Source: the human T2T-CHM13v2.0 reference genome, Homo sapiens. From it: a stretch of 64,000 bases of DNA. The translations under genes and the position numbers were made by a program. Below are positions 1-13,588 of the stretch, piece by piece. Under the pieces are notes generated by a model. It was not told the DNA's origin. It did no database searches and saw only the letters and a program-made list of their open reading frames with translations. The stretch lies in NCBI RefSeq assembly GCF_009914755.1, contig NC_060948.1; one strand, 5' to 3'. How positions within the stretch are numbered: position 1 is the first letter of the stretch; each line of letters begins with the position of its first letter.

Positions 1-2866
1 TGAATGGAACGGAATAGAGTCGAATGGAATTGAATGGAATGGAATGGACTAGAGTGAAATGGAATCGAACCACAAGGAATGGACAGGAATAGAATGGTCT
101 CGAATTGAATGGAATCGTATGGAATGGCATCAAACGGAATGGAATGGACAGCCACGGAATGGAATGCACTCGAATGCAATGGAGTCGAAACTAATGGACT
201 GGAATAGAATGGACTCGACTGGTACGGACTCCAATGGAATGGAATCGAATGGAAGGGAATCGATCGGAATGGACTCGAAGGGAAAAGACTGCAATGGAAA
301 GGTCTCGAATGGAATGGAAATTAATGGAATGGAATGGAATCGAATGAAATGGAGTCAAAAGGAATGCAATCGAATGGCAAGAAATCGAATGTAATGGAAT
401 CGCAAGGAATTGATGTGAACGGAACGGAATGGAATGGAATCCAAAGGAATGGAATAGAATGGAATGGAATCGAATGGAAAGGACTCAAATGGAAATCACT
501 CGAATAGAATGCAATTTAATAAAATAGGATCAAATGTAATGGAATGGAATGGAAAGGAATCGAAACTAAAGGAATGGAGACAGATGGAATGGAATGGAAC
601 AGAGAGCAATGGTATAGAATGGAATGGAATCATCTGGAATGGAATTGAATGGAATGGAATAATATGAAATGGAATGGAATGGAATGGAATGGAATGCCCT
701 TGAATTAAATGGACTGGAATGGAATGGACTCGAACAGAGTGGAATGGAAAGTGTTGAGATAGAATCGAATGGACTCCTTCGGAATGGTCTAGTATGCAAT
801 GCAATCGACTGGCAGGGAATCAAAAGGAATGTAATCGAATGGATTGGACTGGAATGCAATGGACTCGAATAGATTGGAAACGGAATGCAAAGGAATGGAA
901 TGGAATAGTATGGAATGGAATGGAAAGGAATGGAGTGGAATAGATTAGAGTGGAATGGAATGGACTGGAAAGCAATGGACTGGAATGGAACTTTCTTGAA
1001 TGGACTGGAATCAAACGGAATGGAATGCAATGCAATCAAATGGCATGGAATAAAATAGAATGAAAGAGAATCAAATGGAATTGAATCGAATGGAATCGAA
1101 TGGATTGGAAAGGAATAGAATGGAATGGAATGGAATTGACTCAAATGGAATGGACTAGAATGGAATGGATTCGAATGGAAGGCAAAGGAATGGAATCTAT
1201 TGGAAGGGACTGTAATGGAATGGAATGGAAGGGATTGGAATGGACTCGAATGGAATGGACTGCAATAAAAAGGATTCGAATGGAATGAAAAAGAATTGAA
1301 TGGAATAGAACAGAATGGAATCAAATCGAATGAAATGGAATGGAATAGAAAGGAATGGAATGAAATGGAATGGAAAGGATTCGAATGGAATGCAATCGAA
1401 TGGAATGGAATCGAACGGAATGGAATAAAATGGAAGAAAACTGGCAAGAAATGGAATCGAAATGAATGGAGTGTTATGGAACGGACTCAAAAGGAATTGA
1501 ATGTAATAGAATGGAGTGGAGTGGACTCGAATATAATGGACTGGAATGGAATGAAATCACATGGAATGGGAACGAATGGAATGGAATGGAAAGGAATGGA
1601 ATCGAATGGAAAGGAATCGAATGGAAGGGAATGAAATTGAATCAACAGGAATGGAAGGGAATAGAATAGACGATAATGGAATGGACTCGAATAGAATGGA
1701 CACGAATGCTCAAATTGAATGGACTCGAATGGAATGGAAACGAAAGGAATGTCATCGAATGGAATTGAATCGATTGGAATGAAATCGCATAGAATGGAGT
1801 GGAATCAAATGGAATTGAATCGAAAGGAAAGGAAGCGAATGGACTGAAATGAAATGGAATGGAATTGAATGGAAATTCATGCAATGGAATAGAATGGAAC
1901 GAAATTTCACGGAATGGAATCAAACTGAATGGAATCAAATCAATGGAATATAATCAAATGGAATGGAAAGGAATTGAATGGAGTAGATTGGATTGGATGG
2001 GATTGGAATGAAATGTACTGGAAAGGACTCGAATTTCATGAAACGGAATGGAATGAATTGGAACGGAATGGACTCGAATGGAATGGAATGTCATGGAATG
2101 GCATCAAATGGAATGGCATCAAATGGAATGGAATCGAATGCAATGGAATGCTATGGAATGGAATGGAATGCATTGGAATGGAATGTCCTCTAATGGAATG
2201 GATTCGAGTGGAATGGAATCGAATATAATGGAGTCGAATGAAATGGAATTGAAAGGAATGGGATCGAATACAATGGAATATACTGGAATGTAATGTAATG
2301 AACTCGAATGTAATTGACTGGAATGGAATGTACATGAATGGAATGTAATCGAATGGAAAGTAATCCAATGGAATAGAATCTAATGAAATAAAATCGACTC
2401 AGATAGAGTAGAATGTAATGGAATGGAGTGCAGTGCAATGGAATGGAATGGAATGGAATGCAATGGAATGGAATGGAATGGAATGGAATGGAATGGAATG
2501 GAATGGGATGGGATGGGATGGAATGGTATGGAATGGATAGTAATGGACTGGAGTGAAATGGACTGGAAAGGAATGGACTCAAATTGAAAGGGCTCGAAAG
2601 GAATGGAGTCAAATGGAATGGTCTGGAATGGAATGAACACGAATGTAATGCAATCCAATAGAATGGAATCGAATGGCATGGAATATAAAGAAATGGAATC
2701 GAAGAGAATGGAAACAAATGGAATGGAATTGAATGGAATGGGAACGAATGGAGTGAAATTGTATGCAGTAGAAGGGAATAGAATGGAATGCAAGCGAAAG
2801 GAAAGGAATGGATTGGAATGGAATGGAATTCATTGGAATGGAAGGGAATGTAGTGTAATGGACAGG
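1..2866 (+). repeat. DYZ1 unit, partial (ends at HaeIII cut)
   Basis: GGCC at 2865-2868, GAATTC at 2826-2831; lacks one 15-bp GGAATGGAATTGAAT copy near 2720. Confidence 0.9.
987..1001. promoter_or_regulatory. Candidate heat-shock element HSE-A (gGAActTTCttGAAt), repeated once per unit
   Basis: Perfect nGAAnnTTCnnGAAn match; intact in 16 of 18 copies (broken near 58075 and 61624). Motif match only; binding not shown. Confidence 0.55.
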
Positions 2867-2882
2867 CCTGGAATAAAGTGGA
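2729..2882. other. Classic DYZ1 sex-typing PCR amplicon (Y1.1/Y1.2-type primers, 154 bp), one per unit
   Basis: TTGAATGGAATGGGAACGAATGG at 2729-2751 and GGACAGGCCTGGAATAAAGTGGA at 2860-2882 match the primer sequences as I recall them. Confidence 0.7.
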
Positions 2883-3239
2883 ATGCTACGGTCTCGAATG
2901 GAATAAAAATGTATGGAATGGAATGCAATGAAACGGAATCGAATGTCATAGAATGTAATGGAATGCAAAAAAATGGAATCCAAAATCATTGACTGGAAAG
3001 GCTGGGTGTCGAAAGGAATTGACTCCAATGGAATGGAATCGAATGGAATGGAAGTGAATAGAATCGAACTAAATCGAATGGAATGGAATTGATAGGAACG
3101 GAATGGAAAGGAATGCAATGATTTGGCATGGAATGGAATCGAATGGCATCGAATGGAATGGAATGGAATGCAATGGAATGGAATGTATTAGAATGTAATG
3201 AACTTTAATGGAATGTACTCGAATGGATTCGACTGGAAT

Positions 3240-3254
3240 GGAATGTTCTGGAAG
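3240..3254. promoter_or_regulatory. Candidate heat-shock element HSE-B (gGAAtgTTCtgGAAg), repeated once per unit
   Basis: Perfect nGAAnnTTCnnGAAn match; intact in 15 of 18 copies (broken near 28203, 42463, 63885). Motif match only. Confidence 0.55.
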
Positions 3255-3519
3255 TGAATGGACTCCAATGGAATGGATTCAAAAGGAATGGAATCGTACG
3301 GAATGGAATCTAATGGAATGGAATTAAATGGAAATGAATCAAATTGAATAGCACGGAATTGAATTGAATGGAATGGAATGCAATGGAATCTAATGAAACG
3401 GAAAGGAAAGGAATGGAATGGAATGGAATGGGCTGGAATGGAAAGGAATCGAAACGAATGGAATGGAATCGAACTGAAGAGACTGGAATGGAATGCACTG
3501 GAATGGAAGGGAGTGTAAT

Positions 3520-3534
3520 GGAAGGTTCTCGAAA
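3520..3534. promoter_or_regulatory. Candidate heat-shock element HSE-C (gGAAggTTCtcGAAa), repeated once per unit
   Basis: Perfect nGAAnnTTCnnGAAn match; intact in all 17 copies present; contains a CpG. Motif match only. Confidence 0.55.
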
Positions 3535-6445
3535 AAAATTGAATCGAATGGAATGGAATTGAATGGAACGGAAGAGAGTCGAATGGAATTGAATGGAATG
3601 GAATGGACTAGAGTGAAATGGAATCGAACCACAAGGAATGGACAGGAATAGAATGGTCTCGAATTGAATGGAATCATATGGAATGGCATCAAACGGAATG
3701 GAATGGACAGCCACGGAATGGAATGCACTCGAATGCAATGGAGTCGAAACTAATGGACTGGAATAGAATGGACTCGACTGGTACAGACTCCAATGGAATG
3801 GAATCGAATGGAAGGGAATCGAACGGAATGGACTCGAAGGGAAAAGACTGCAATGGAAAGGTCTCGAATGGAATGGAAATTAATGGAATGGAATGGAATC
3901 GAATGAAATGGAGTCAAAAGGAATGGAATCGAATGGCAAGAAATCGAATGTAATGGAATCGCAAGGAATTGATGTGAACGGAACGGAATGGAATGGAATC
4001 CAAAGGAATGGAATAGAATGGAATGGAATCGAATGGAAAGGACTCGAATGGAAATCACTCGAATAGAATGCAATTTAATAAAATAGGATCAAATGTAATG
4101 GAATGGAATGCAAAGGAATCGAAACGAAAGGAATGGAGACAGATGGAATGGAATGGAACAGAGAGCAATGGTATAGAATGGAATGGAATCATCTGGAATG
4201 GAATTGAATGGAATGGAATAATATGAAATGGAATGGAATGGAATGGAATGGAATGCCCTTGAATTAAATGGACTGGAATGGACTGGACTCGAACAGAGTG
4301 GAATGGAAAGTGTTGAGATAGAATGGAATGGACTCGTTTGGAATGGTCTAGTATGCAATGCAATCGACTGGCAGGGAATCAAAAGGAATGTAATCGAATG
4401 GATTGGACTGGAATGCAATGGACTCGAATAGATTGGAAACGGAATGCAAAGGAATGGAATGGAATAGTATGGAATGGAATGGAAAGGAATGGAGTGGAAT
4501 AGACTAGAGTGGAATGGAATGGACTGGAAAGCAATGGACTGGAATGGAACTTTCTTGAATGGACTGGAATCAAACGGAATGGAATGCAATGCAATCAAAT
4601 GGCATGGAATAAAATAGAATGAAAGAGAATCAAATGGAATTGAATCGAATGGAATCGAATGGATTGGAAAGGAATAGAATGGAATGGAATGGAATTGACT
4701 CAAATGGAATGGACTAGAATGGAATGGATTCGAATTGAAGGCAAAGGAATGGAATCTATTGGAATGGACTGTAATGGAATGGAATGGAAGGGATTGGAAT
4801 GGACTCGAATGGAATGGACTGCAATAGAAAGGATTCGAATGGAATGAAAAAGAATTGAATGGAATAGAACAGAATGGAATCAAATCGAATGAAATGGAAT
4901 GGAATAGAAAGGAATGGAATGAAATGGAATGGAAAGGATTCGAATGGAATGCAATCGAATGGAATGGAATCGAACGGAATGGAATAAAATGGAAGAAAAC
5001 TGGCAAGAAATGGAATCGAAATGAATGGAGTGTTATGGAACGGACTCAAAAGGAATTGAATGTAATAGAATGGAGTGGAGTGGACTCGAATATAATGGAC
5101 TGGAATGGAATGAAATCACATGGAATGGGAACGAATGGAATGGAATGGAAAGGAATGGAATCGAATGGAAAGGAATCGAATGGAAGGGAATGCAATTGAA
5201 TCAACAGGAATGGAAGGGAATAGAATAGACGGTAATGGAATGGACTCGAATAGAATGGACACGAATGCTCAAATTGAATGGACTCGAATGGAATGGAAAC
5301 GAAAGGAATGTCATCGAATGGAATTGAATCGATTGGAATGAAATCGCATAGAATGGAGTGGAATCAAATGGAATTGAATCGAAAGGAAAGGAAGCGAATG
5401 GACTGAAATGAAATGGAATGGAATTGAATGGAAAGTAATGCAATGGAATAGAATGGAACGAAATTTCACGGAATGGAATCAAACTGAATGGAATCAAATC
5501 AATGGAATCTAATCAAATGGAATGGAAAGGAATTGAATGGAGTAGATTGGATTGGATGGGATTGGAATGAAATGTACTGGAAAGGACTCGAATTTCATGA
5601 AACGGAATGGAATGAATTGGAACGGAATGGACTCGAATGGAATGGAATGTCATGGAATGGCATCAAATGGAATGGCATCAAATGGAATGGAATCGAATGC
5701 AATGGAATGCTATGGAATGGAATGGAATGCATTGGAATGGAATGTCCTCTAATGGAATGGATTCGAGTGGAATGGAATCGAATATAATGGAGTCGAATGA
5801 AATGGAATTGAAAGGAATGGGATCGAATACAATGGAATATACTGGAATGTAATGTAATGAACTCGAAAGTAATTGACTGGAATGGAATGTACATGAATGG
5901 AATGTAATCGAATGGAAAGTAATCCAATGGAATAGAATCTAATGCAATAAAATCGACTCAGATAGAGTAGAATGTAATGGAATGGAGTGCAGTGCAATGG
6001 AATGGAATGGAATGGAATGCAATGGAATGGAATGGAATGGAATGAAATGGAATGGAATGGAATGGAATGGGATGGGATGGGATGGAATGGTATGGAATGG
6101 ATAGTAATGGACTGGAGTGAAATGGACTGGAAAGGAATGGACTCAAATTGAAAGGGCTCGAAAGGAATGGAGTCAAATGGAATGGTCTGGAATGGAATGA
6201 ACACGAATGTAATGCAATCCAATAGAATGGAATCGAATGGCATGGAATATAAAGAAATGGAATCGAAGAGAATGGAAACAAATGGAATGGAATTGAATGG
6301 AATGGAATTGAATGGAATGGGAACGAATGGAGTGAAATTGTATGCAGTAGAAGGGAATAGAATGGAATGCAAGCGAAAGGAAAGGAATGGATTGGAATGG
6401 AATGGAATTCATTGGAATGGAAGGGAATGTAGTGTAATGGACAGG

Positions 6446-9400
6446 CCTGGAATAAAGTGGAATGCTACGGTCTCGAATGGAATAAAAATGTATGGAATGG
6501 AATGCAATGCAACGGAATCGAATGTCATAGAATGTAATGGAATGCAAAAAAATGGAATCCAAAATCATTGACTGGAAAGGCTGGGTGTCGAAAGGAATTG
6601 ACTCCAATGGAATGGAATCGAATGGAATGGAAGTGAATAGAATCGAACTAAATCGAATGGAATGGAATTGATAGGAACGGAATGGAAAGGAATGCAATGA
6701 TTTGGCATGGAATGGAATCGAATGGCATCGAATGGAATGGAATGGAATGCAATGGAATGGAATGTATTAGAATGTAATGAACTTTAATGGAATGTACTCG
6801 AATGGATTCGACTGGAATGGAATGTTCTGGAAGTGAATGGACTCCAATGGAATGGATTCAAAAGGAATGGAATCGTACGGAATGGAATCTAATGGAATGG
6901 AATTAAATGGAAATGAATCAAATTGAATAGCACGGAATTGAATTGAATGGAATGGAATGCAATGGAATCTAATGAAACGGAAAGGAAAGGAATGGAATGG
7001 AATGGAATGGGCTGGAATGGAAAGGAATCGAAACGAATGGAATGGAATCGAACTGAAGAGACTGGAATGGAATGCACTGGAATGGAAGGGAGTGTAATGG
7101 AAGGTTCTCGAAAAAAATTGAATCGAATGAAATGGAATTGAATGGAACGGAAGAGAGTCGAATGGAATTGAATGGAATGGAATGGACTAGAGTGAAATGG
7201 AATCGAACCACAAGGAATGGACAGGAATAGAATGGTCTCGAATTGAATGGAATCGTATGGAATGGCATCAAACGGAATGGAATGGACAGCCACGGAATGG
7301 AATGCACTCGAATGCAATGGAGTCGAAACTAATGGACTGGAATAGAATGGACTCGACTGGTACAGACTCCAATGGAATGGAATCGAATGGAAGGGAATCG
7401 AACGGAATGGACTCGAAGGGAAAAGACTGCAATGGAAAGGTCTCGAATGGAATGGAAATTAATGGAATGGAATGGAATCGAATGAAATGGAGTCAAAAGG
7501 AATGGAATCGAATGGCAAGAAATCGAATGTAATGGAATCGCAAGGAATTGATGTGAACGGAACGGAATGGAATGGAATCCAAAGGAATGGAATAGAATGG
7601 AATGGAATCGAATGGAAAGGACTCGAATGGAAATCACTCGAATAGAATGCAATTTAATAAAATAGGATCAAATGTAATGGAATGGAATGGAAAGGAATAG
7701 AAACGAAAGGAATGGAGACAGATGGAATGGAATGGAACAGAGAGCAATGGTATAGAATGGAATGGAATCATCTGGAATGGAATTGAATGGAATGGAATAA
7801 TATGAAATGGAATGGAATGGAATGGAATGGAATGCCCTTGAATTAAATGGACTGGAATGGACTGGACTCGAACAGAGTGGAATGGAAAGTGTTGAGATAG
7901 AATGGAATGGACTCGTTTGGAATGGTCTAGTATGCAATGCAATCGACTGGCAGGGAATCAAAAGGAATGTAATCGAATGGATTGGACTGGAATGCAATGG
8001 ACTCGAATAGATTGGAAACGGAATGCAAAGGAATGGAATGGAATAGTATGGAATGGAATGGAAAGGAATGGAGTGGAATAGACTAGAGTGGAATGGAATG
8101 GACTGGAAAGCAATGGACTGGAATGGAACTTTCTTGAATGGACTGGAATCAAACGGAATGGAATGCAATGCAATCAAATGGCATGGAATAAAATAGAATG
8201 AAAGAGAATCAAATGGAATTGAATCGAATGGAATCGAATGGATTGGAAAGGAATAGAATGGAATGGAATGGAATTGACTCAAATGGAATGGACTAGAATG
8301 GAATGGATTCGAATGGAAGGCAAAGGAATGGAATCTATTGGAATGGACTGTAATGGAATGGAATGGAAGGGATTGGAATGGACTCGAATGGAATGGACTG
8401 CAATAGAAAGGATTCGAATGGAATGAAAAAGAATTGAATGGAATAGAACAGAATGGAATGAAATCGAATGAAATGGAATGGAATAGAAAGGAATGGAATG
8501 AAATGGAATGGAAAGGATTCGAATGGAATGCAATCGAATGGAATGGAATCGAACGGAATGGAATAAAATGGAAGAAAACTGGCAAGAAATGGAATCGAAA
8601 TGAATGGAGTGTTATGGAACGGACTCAAAAGGAATTGAATGTAATAGAATGGAGTGGAGTGGACTCGAATATAATGGACTGGAATGGAATGAAATCACAT
8701 GGAATGGGAACGAATGGAATGGAATGGAAAGGAATGGAATCGAATGGAAAGGAATCGAATGGAAGGGAATGAAATTGAATCAACAGGAATGGAAGGGAAT
8801 AGAATAGACGGTAATGGAATGGACTCGAATAGAATGGACACGAATGCTCAAATTGAATGGACTCGAATGGAATGGAAACGAAAGGAATGTCATCGAATGG
8901 AATTGAATCGATTGGAATGAAATCGCATAGAATGGAGTGGAAGCAAATGGAATTGAATCGAAAGGAAAGGAAGCGAATGGACTGAAATGAAATGGAATGG
9001 AATTGAATGGAAAGTAATGCAATGGAATAGAATGGAACGAAATTTCACGGAATGGAATCAAACTGAATGGAATCAAATCAATCGAATCAAATCAAATGGA
9101 ATGGAAAGGAATTGAATGGAGTAGATTGGATTGGATGGGATTGGAATGAAATGTACTGGAAAGGACTCGAATTTCATGAAACGGAATGGAATGAATTGGA
9201 ACGGAATGGACTCGAATGGAATGGAATGTCATGGAATGGCATCAAATGGAATGGCATCAAATGGAATGGAATCGAATGCAATGGAATGCTATGGAATGGA
9301 ATGGAATGCATTGGAATGGAATGTCCTGTAATGGAATGGATTCGAGTGGAATGGAATCGAATATAATGGAGTCGAATGAAATGGAATTGAAAAGAATGGG

Positions 9401-10019
9401 ACCGAATACAATGGAATATACTGGAATGTAATGTAATGAACTCGAATGTAATTGACTGGAATGGAATGTACATGAATGGAATGTAATCGAATGGAAAGTA
9501 ATCCAATGGAATAGAATCTAATGCAATAAAATCGACTCAGATAGAGTAGAATGTAATGGAATGGAGTGCAGTGCAATGGAATGGAATGGAATGGAATGCA
9601 ATGGAATGGAATGGAATGGAATGGAATGGAATGGAATGGAATGGGATGGAATGGGATTGAATGGTATGGAATGGATAGTAATGGACTGGAATGAAATGGA
9701 CTGGAAAGGAATGGACTCAAATTGAAAGGGCTCGAAAGGAATGGAGTCAAATGGAATGGTCTGGAATGGAATGAACACGAATGTAATGCAATCCAATAGA
9801 ATGGAATCGAATGGCATGGAATATAAAGAAATGGAATCGAAGAGAATGGAAACAAATGGAATGCAATTGAATGGAATGGAATTGAATGGAATGGGAACGA
9901 ATGGAGTGAAATTGTATGCAGTAGAAGGGAATAGAATGGAATGTAAGCGAAAGGAAAGGAATGGATTGGAATGGAATGGAATTCATTGGAATGGAAGGGA
10001 ATGTAGTGTAATGGACAGG
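6446..10019 (+). repeat. DYZ1 unit H2, 3574 bp
   Basis: GGCC 6444 to 10018; variable tract +5. Confidence 0.9.
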
Positions 10020-13000
10020 CCTGGAATAAAGTGGAATGCTACGGTCTCGAATGGAATAAAAATGTATGGAATGGAATGCAAAGAAACGGAATCGAATGTC
10101 ATAGAATGTAATGGAATGCAAAAAAATGGAATCCAAAATCATTGACTGGAAAGGCTGGGTGTCGAAAGGAATTGACTCCAATGGAATGGAATCGAATGGA
10201 ATGGAAGTGAATAGAATCGAACTAAATCGAATGGAATGGAATTGATAGGAACGGAATGGAAAGGAATGCAATGATTTGGCATGGAATGGAATCGAATGGC
10301 ATCGAATGGAATGGAATGGAATGCAATGGAATGGAATGTATTAGAATGTAATGAACTTTAATGGAATGTACTCGAATGGATTCGACTGGAATGGAATGTT
10401 CTGGAAGTGAATGGACTCCAATGGAATGGATTCAAAAGGAATGGAATCGTACGGAATGGAATCTAATGGAATGGAATTAAATGGAAATGAATCAAATTGA
10501 ATAGCACGGAATTGAATTGAATGGAATGGAATGGAATGCAATGGAATCTAATGAAACGGAAAGGAAAGGAATGGAATGGAATGGAATGGGCTGGAATGGA
10601 AAGGAATCGAAACGAATGGAATGGAATCGAACTGAAGAGACTGGAATGGAATGCACTGGAATGGAAGGGAGTGTAATGGAAGGTTCTCGAAAAAAATGGA
10701 ATCGAATGGAATGGAATTGAATGGAACGGAATAGAGTCGAATGGAATTGAATGGAATGGAATGGACTAGAGTGAAATGGAATCGAACCACAAGGAATGGA
10801 CAGGAATAGAATGGTCTCGAATTGAATGGAATCGTATGGAATGGCATCAAACGGAATGGAATGGACAGCCACGGAATGGAATGCACTCGAATGCAATGGA
10901 GTCGAAACTAATGGACTGGAATAGAATGGACTCGACTGGTACGGACTCCAATGGAATGGAATCGAATGGAAGGGAATCGAACGGAATGGACTCGAAGGGA
11001 AAAGACTGCAATGGAAAGGTGTCGAATGGAATGGAAATTAATGGAATGGAATGGAATCGAATGAAATGGAGTCAAAAGGAATGGAATCGAATGGCAAGAA
11101 ATCGAATGTAATGGAATCGCAAGGAATTGATGTGAACGGAACGGAATGGAATGGAATCCAAAGGAATGGAATAGAATGGAATGGAATCGAATGGAAAGGA
11201 CTCGAATGGAAATCACTCGAATAGAATGCAATTTAATAAAATAGGATCAAATGTAATGGAATGGAATGGAAAGGAATCCAAACGAAAGGAATGGAGACAG
11301 ATGGAATGGAATGGAACAGAGAGCAATGGTATAGAATGGAATGGAATCATCTGGAATGGAATTGAATGGAATGGAATAATATGAAATGGAATGGAATGGA
11401 ATGGAATGGAATGCCCTTGAATTAAATGGACTGGAATGGAATGGACTCGAACAGAGTGGAATGGAAAGTGTTGAGATAGAATGGAATGGACTCCTTTGAA
11501 ATGGTGTAGTATGCAATGCAATCGACTGGCAGGGAATCAAAAGGAATGTAATCGAATGGATTGGACTGGAATGCAATGGACTCGAATAGATTGGAAACGG
11601 AATGCAAAGGAATGGAATGGAATAGTATGGAATGGAATGGAAAGGAATGGAGTGGAATAGACTAGAGTGGAATGGAATGGACTGGAAAGCAATGGACTGG
11701 AATGGAACTTTCTTGAATGGACTGGAATCAAACGGAATGGAATGCAATGCAATCAAATGGCATGGAACAAAATAGAATGAAAGAGAATCAAATGGAATTG
11801 AATCGAATGGAATCGAATGGATTGGAAAGGAATAGAATGGAATGGAATGGAATTGACTCAAATGGAATGGACTAGAATGGAATGGATTCGAATGGAAGGC
11901 AAAGGAATGGAATCTATTGGAATGGACTGTAATGGAATGGAATGGAAGGGATTGGAATGGACTCGAATGGAATGGACTGCAATAGAAAGGATTCGAATGG
12001 AATGAAAAAGAATTGAATGGTATAGAACAGAATGGAATCAAATCGAATGAAATGGAATGGAATAGAAAGGAATGGAATGAAATGGAATGGAAAGGATTCG
12101 AATGGAATGCAATCGAATGGAATGGAATCGAACGGAATGGAATAAAATGGAAGAAAACTGGCAAGAAATGGAATCGAAATGAATGGAGTGTTATGGAACG
12201 GACTCAAAAGGAATTGAATGTAATAGAATGGAGTGGAGTGGACTCGAATATAATGGACTGGAATGGAATGAAATCACATGGAATGGGAACGAATGGAATG
12301 GAATGGAAAGGAATGGAATCGAATGGAAAGGAATCGAATGGAAGGGAATGAAATTGAATCAACAGAAATGGAAGGGAATAGAATAGACGGTAATGGAATG
12401 GACTCGAATAGAATGGACACGAATGCTCAAATTGAATGGACTCGAATGGAATGGAAACGAAAGGAATGTCATCGAATGGAATTGAATCGATTGGAATGAA
12501 ATCGCATAGAATGGAGTGGAATCAAATGGAATTGAATCGAAAGGAAAGGAAGCGAATGGACTGAAATGAAATGGAATGGAATTGAATGGAAAGTAATGCA
12601 ATGGAATAGAATGGAACGAAATTTCACGGAATGGAATCAAACTGAATGGAATCAAATCAATGGAATCAAATCAAATGGAATGGAAAGGAATTGAATGGAG
12701 TAGATTGGATTGGATGGGATTGGAATGAAATGTATTGGAAAGGACTCGAATTTCATGAAACGGAATGGAATGAATTGGAACGGAATGGACTCGAATGGAA
12801 TGTAATGTCATGGAATGGCATCAAATGGAATGGCATCAAATGGAATGGAATCGAATGCAATGGAATGCTATGGAATAGAATGGAATGCATTGGAATGGAA
12901 TGTCCTCTAATGGAATGGATTCGAGTGGAATGGAATCGAATATAATGGAGTCGAATGAAATGGAATTGAAAGGAATGGGATCGAATACAATGGAATATAC

Positions 13001-13588
13001 TGGAATGTAATGTAATGAACTCGAATGTAATTGACTGGAATGGAATGTACATGAATGGAATGTAATCGAATGGAAAGTAATCCAATGGAATAGAATCTAA
13101 TGCAATAAAATCGACTCAGATAGAGTAGAATGTAATGGAATGGAGTGCAGTGCAATGGAATGGAATGGAATGGAATGCAATGGAATGGAATGGATTGGAA
13201 TGGAATCGAATGGAATGGGATGGGATGGAATGGTATGGAATGGATAGTAATGGACTGGAGTGAAATGGACTGGAAAGGAATGGACTCAAATTGAAAGGGC
13301 TCGAAAGGAATGGAGTCAAATGGAATGGTCTGGAATGGAATGAACACGAATGTAATGCAATCCAATAGAATGGAATCGAATGGCATGGAATATAAAGAAA
13401 TGGAATCGAAGAGAATGGAAACAAATGGAATGGAATTGAATGGAATGGAATTGAATGGAATGGGAACGAATGGAGTGAAATTGTATGCAGTAGAAGGGAA
13501 TAGAATGGAATGCAAGCGAAAGGAAAGGAATGGATTGGAATGGAATGGAATTCATTGGAATGGAAGGGAATGTAGTGTAATGGACAGG
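10020..13588 (+). repeat. DYZ1 unit H3, 3569 bp
   Basis: GGCC 10018 to 13587; +5 near 10520, variable tract -5. Confidence 0.9.

Larger units (their letters stand above)
2867..6445 (+). repeat. DYZ1 unit H1, 3579 bp
   Basis: GGCC 2865 to GGCC 6444; variable tract +10 relative to the 3569 mode. Confidence 0.9.

Noticed and set aside
2500-2525. G-quadruplex in the (GGGAT)3 run
   Set aside because: There are at most three consecutive G3 tracts, and the pattern is not conserved among units.
512-2910. Several AATAAA poly(A)-like signals per unit on the + strand
   Set aside because: These are expected whenever xxAAT is followed by AAA; no downstream GU-rich element is evident and there are no transcript data.
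5505-5515. GAATCTAATCA resembling the DUX4 motif TAATCTAATCA, and ATTGG (CCAAT-box) words
   Set aside because: The mismatch falls in the core TAAT, the allele is present in only four units, and short ATTGG words are single-step variants of the pentamer.
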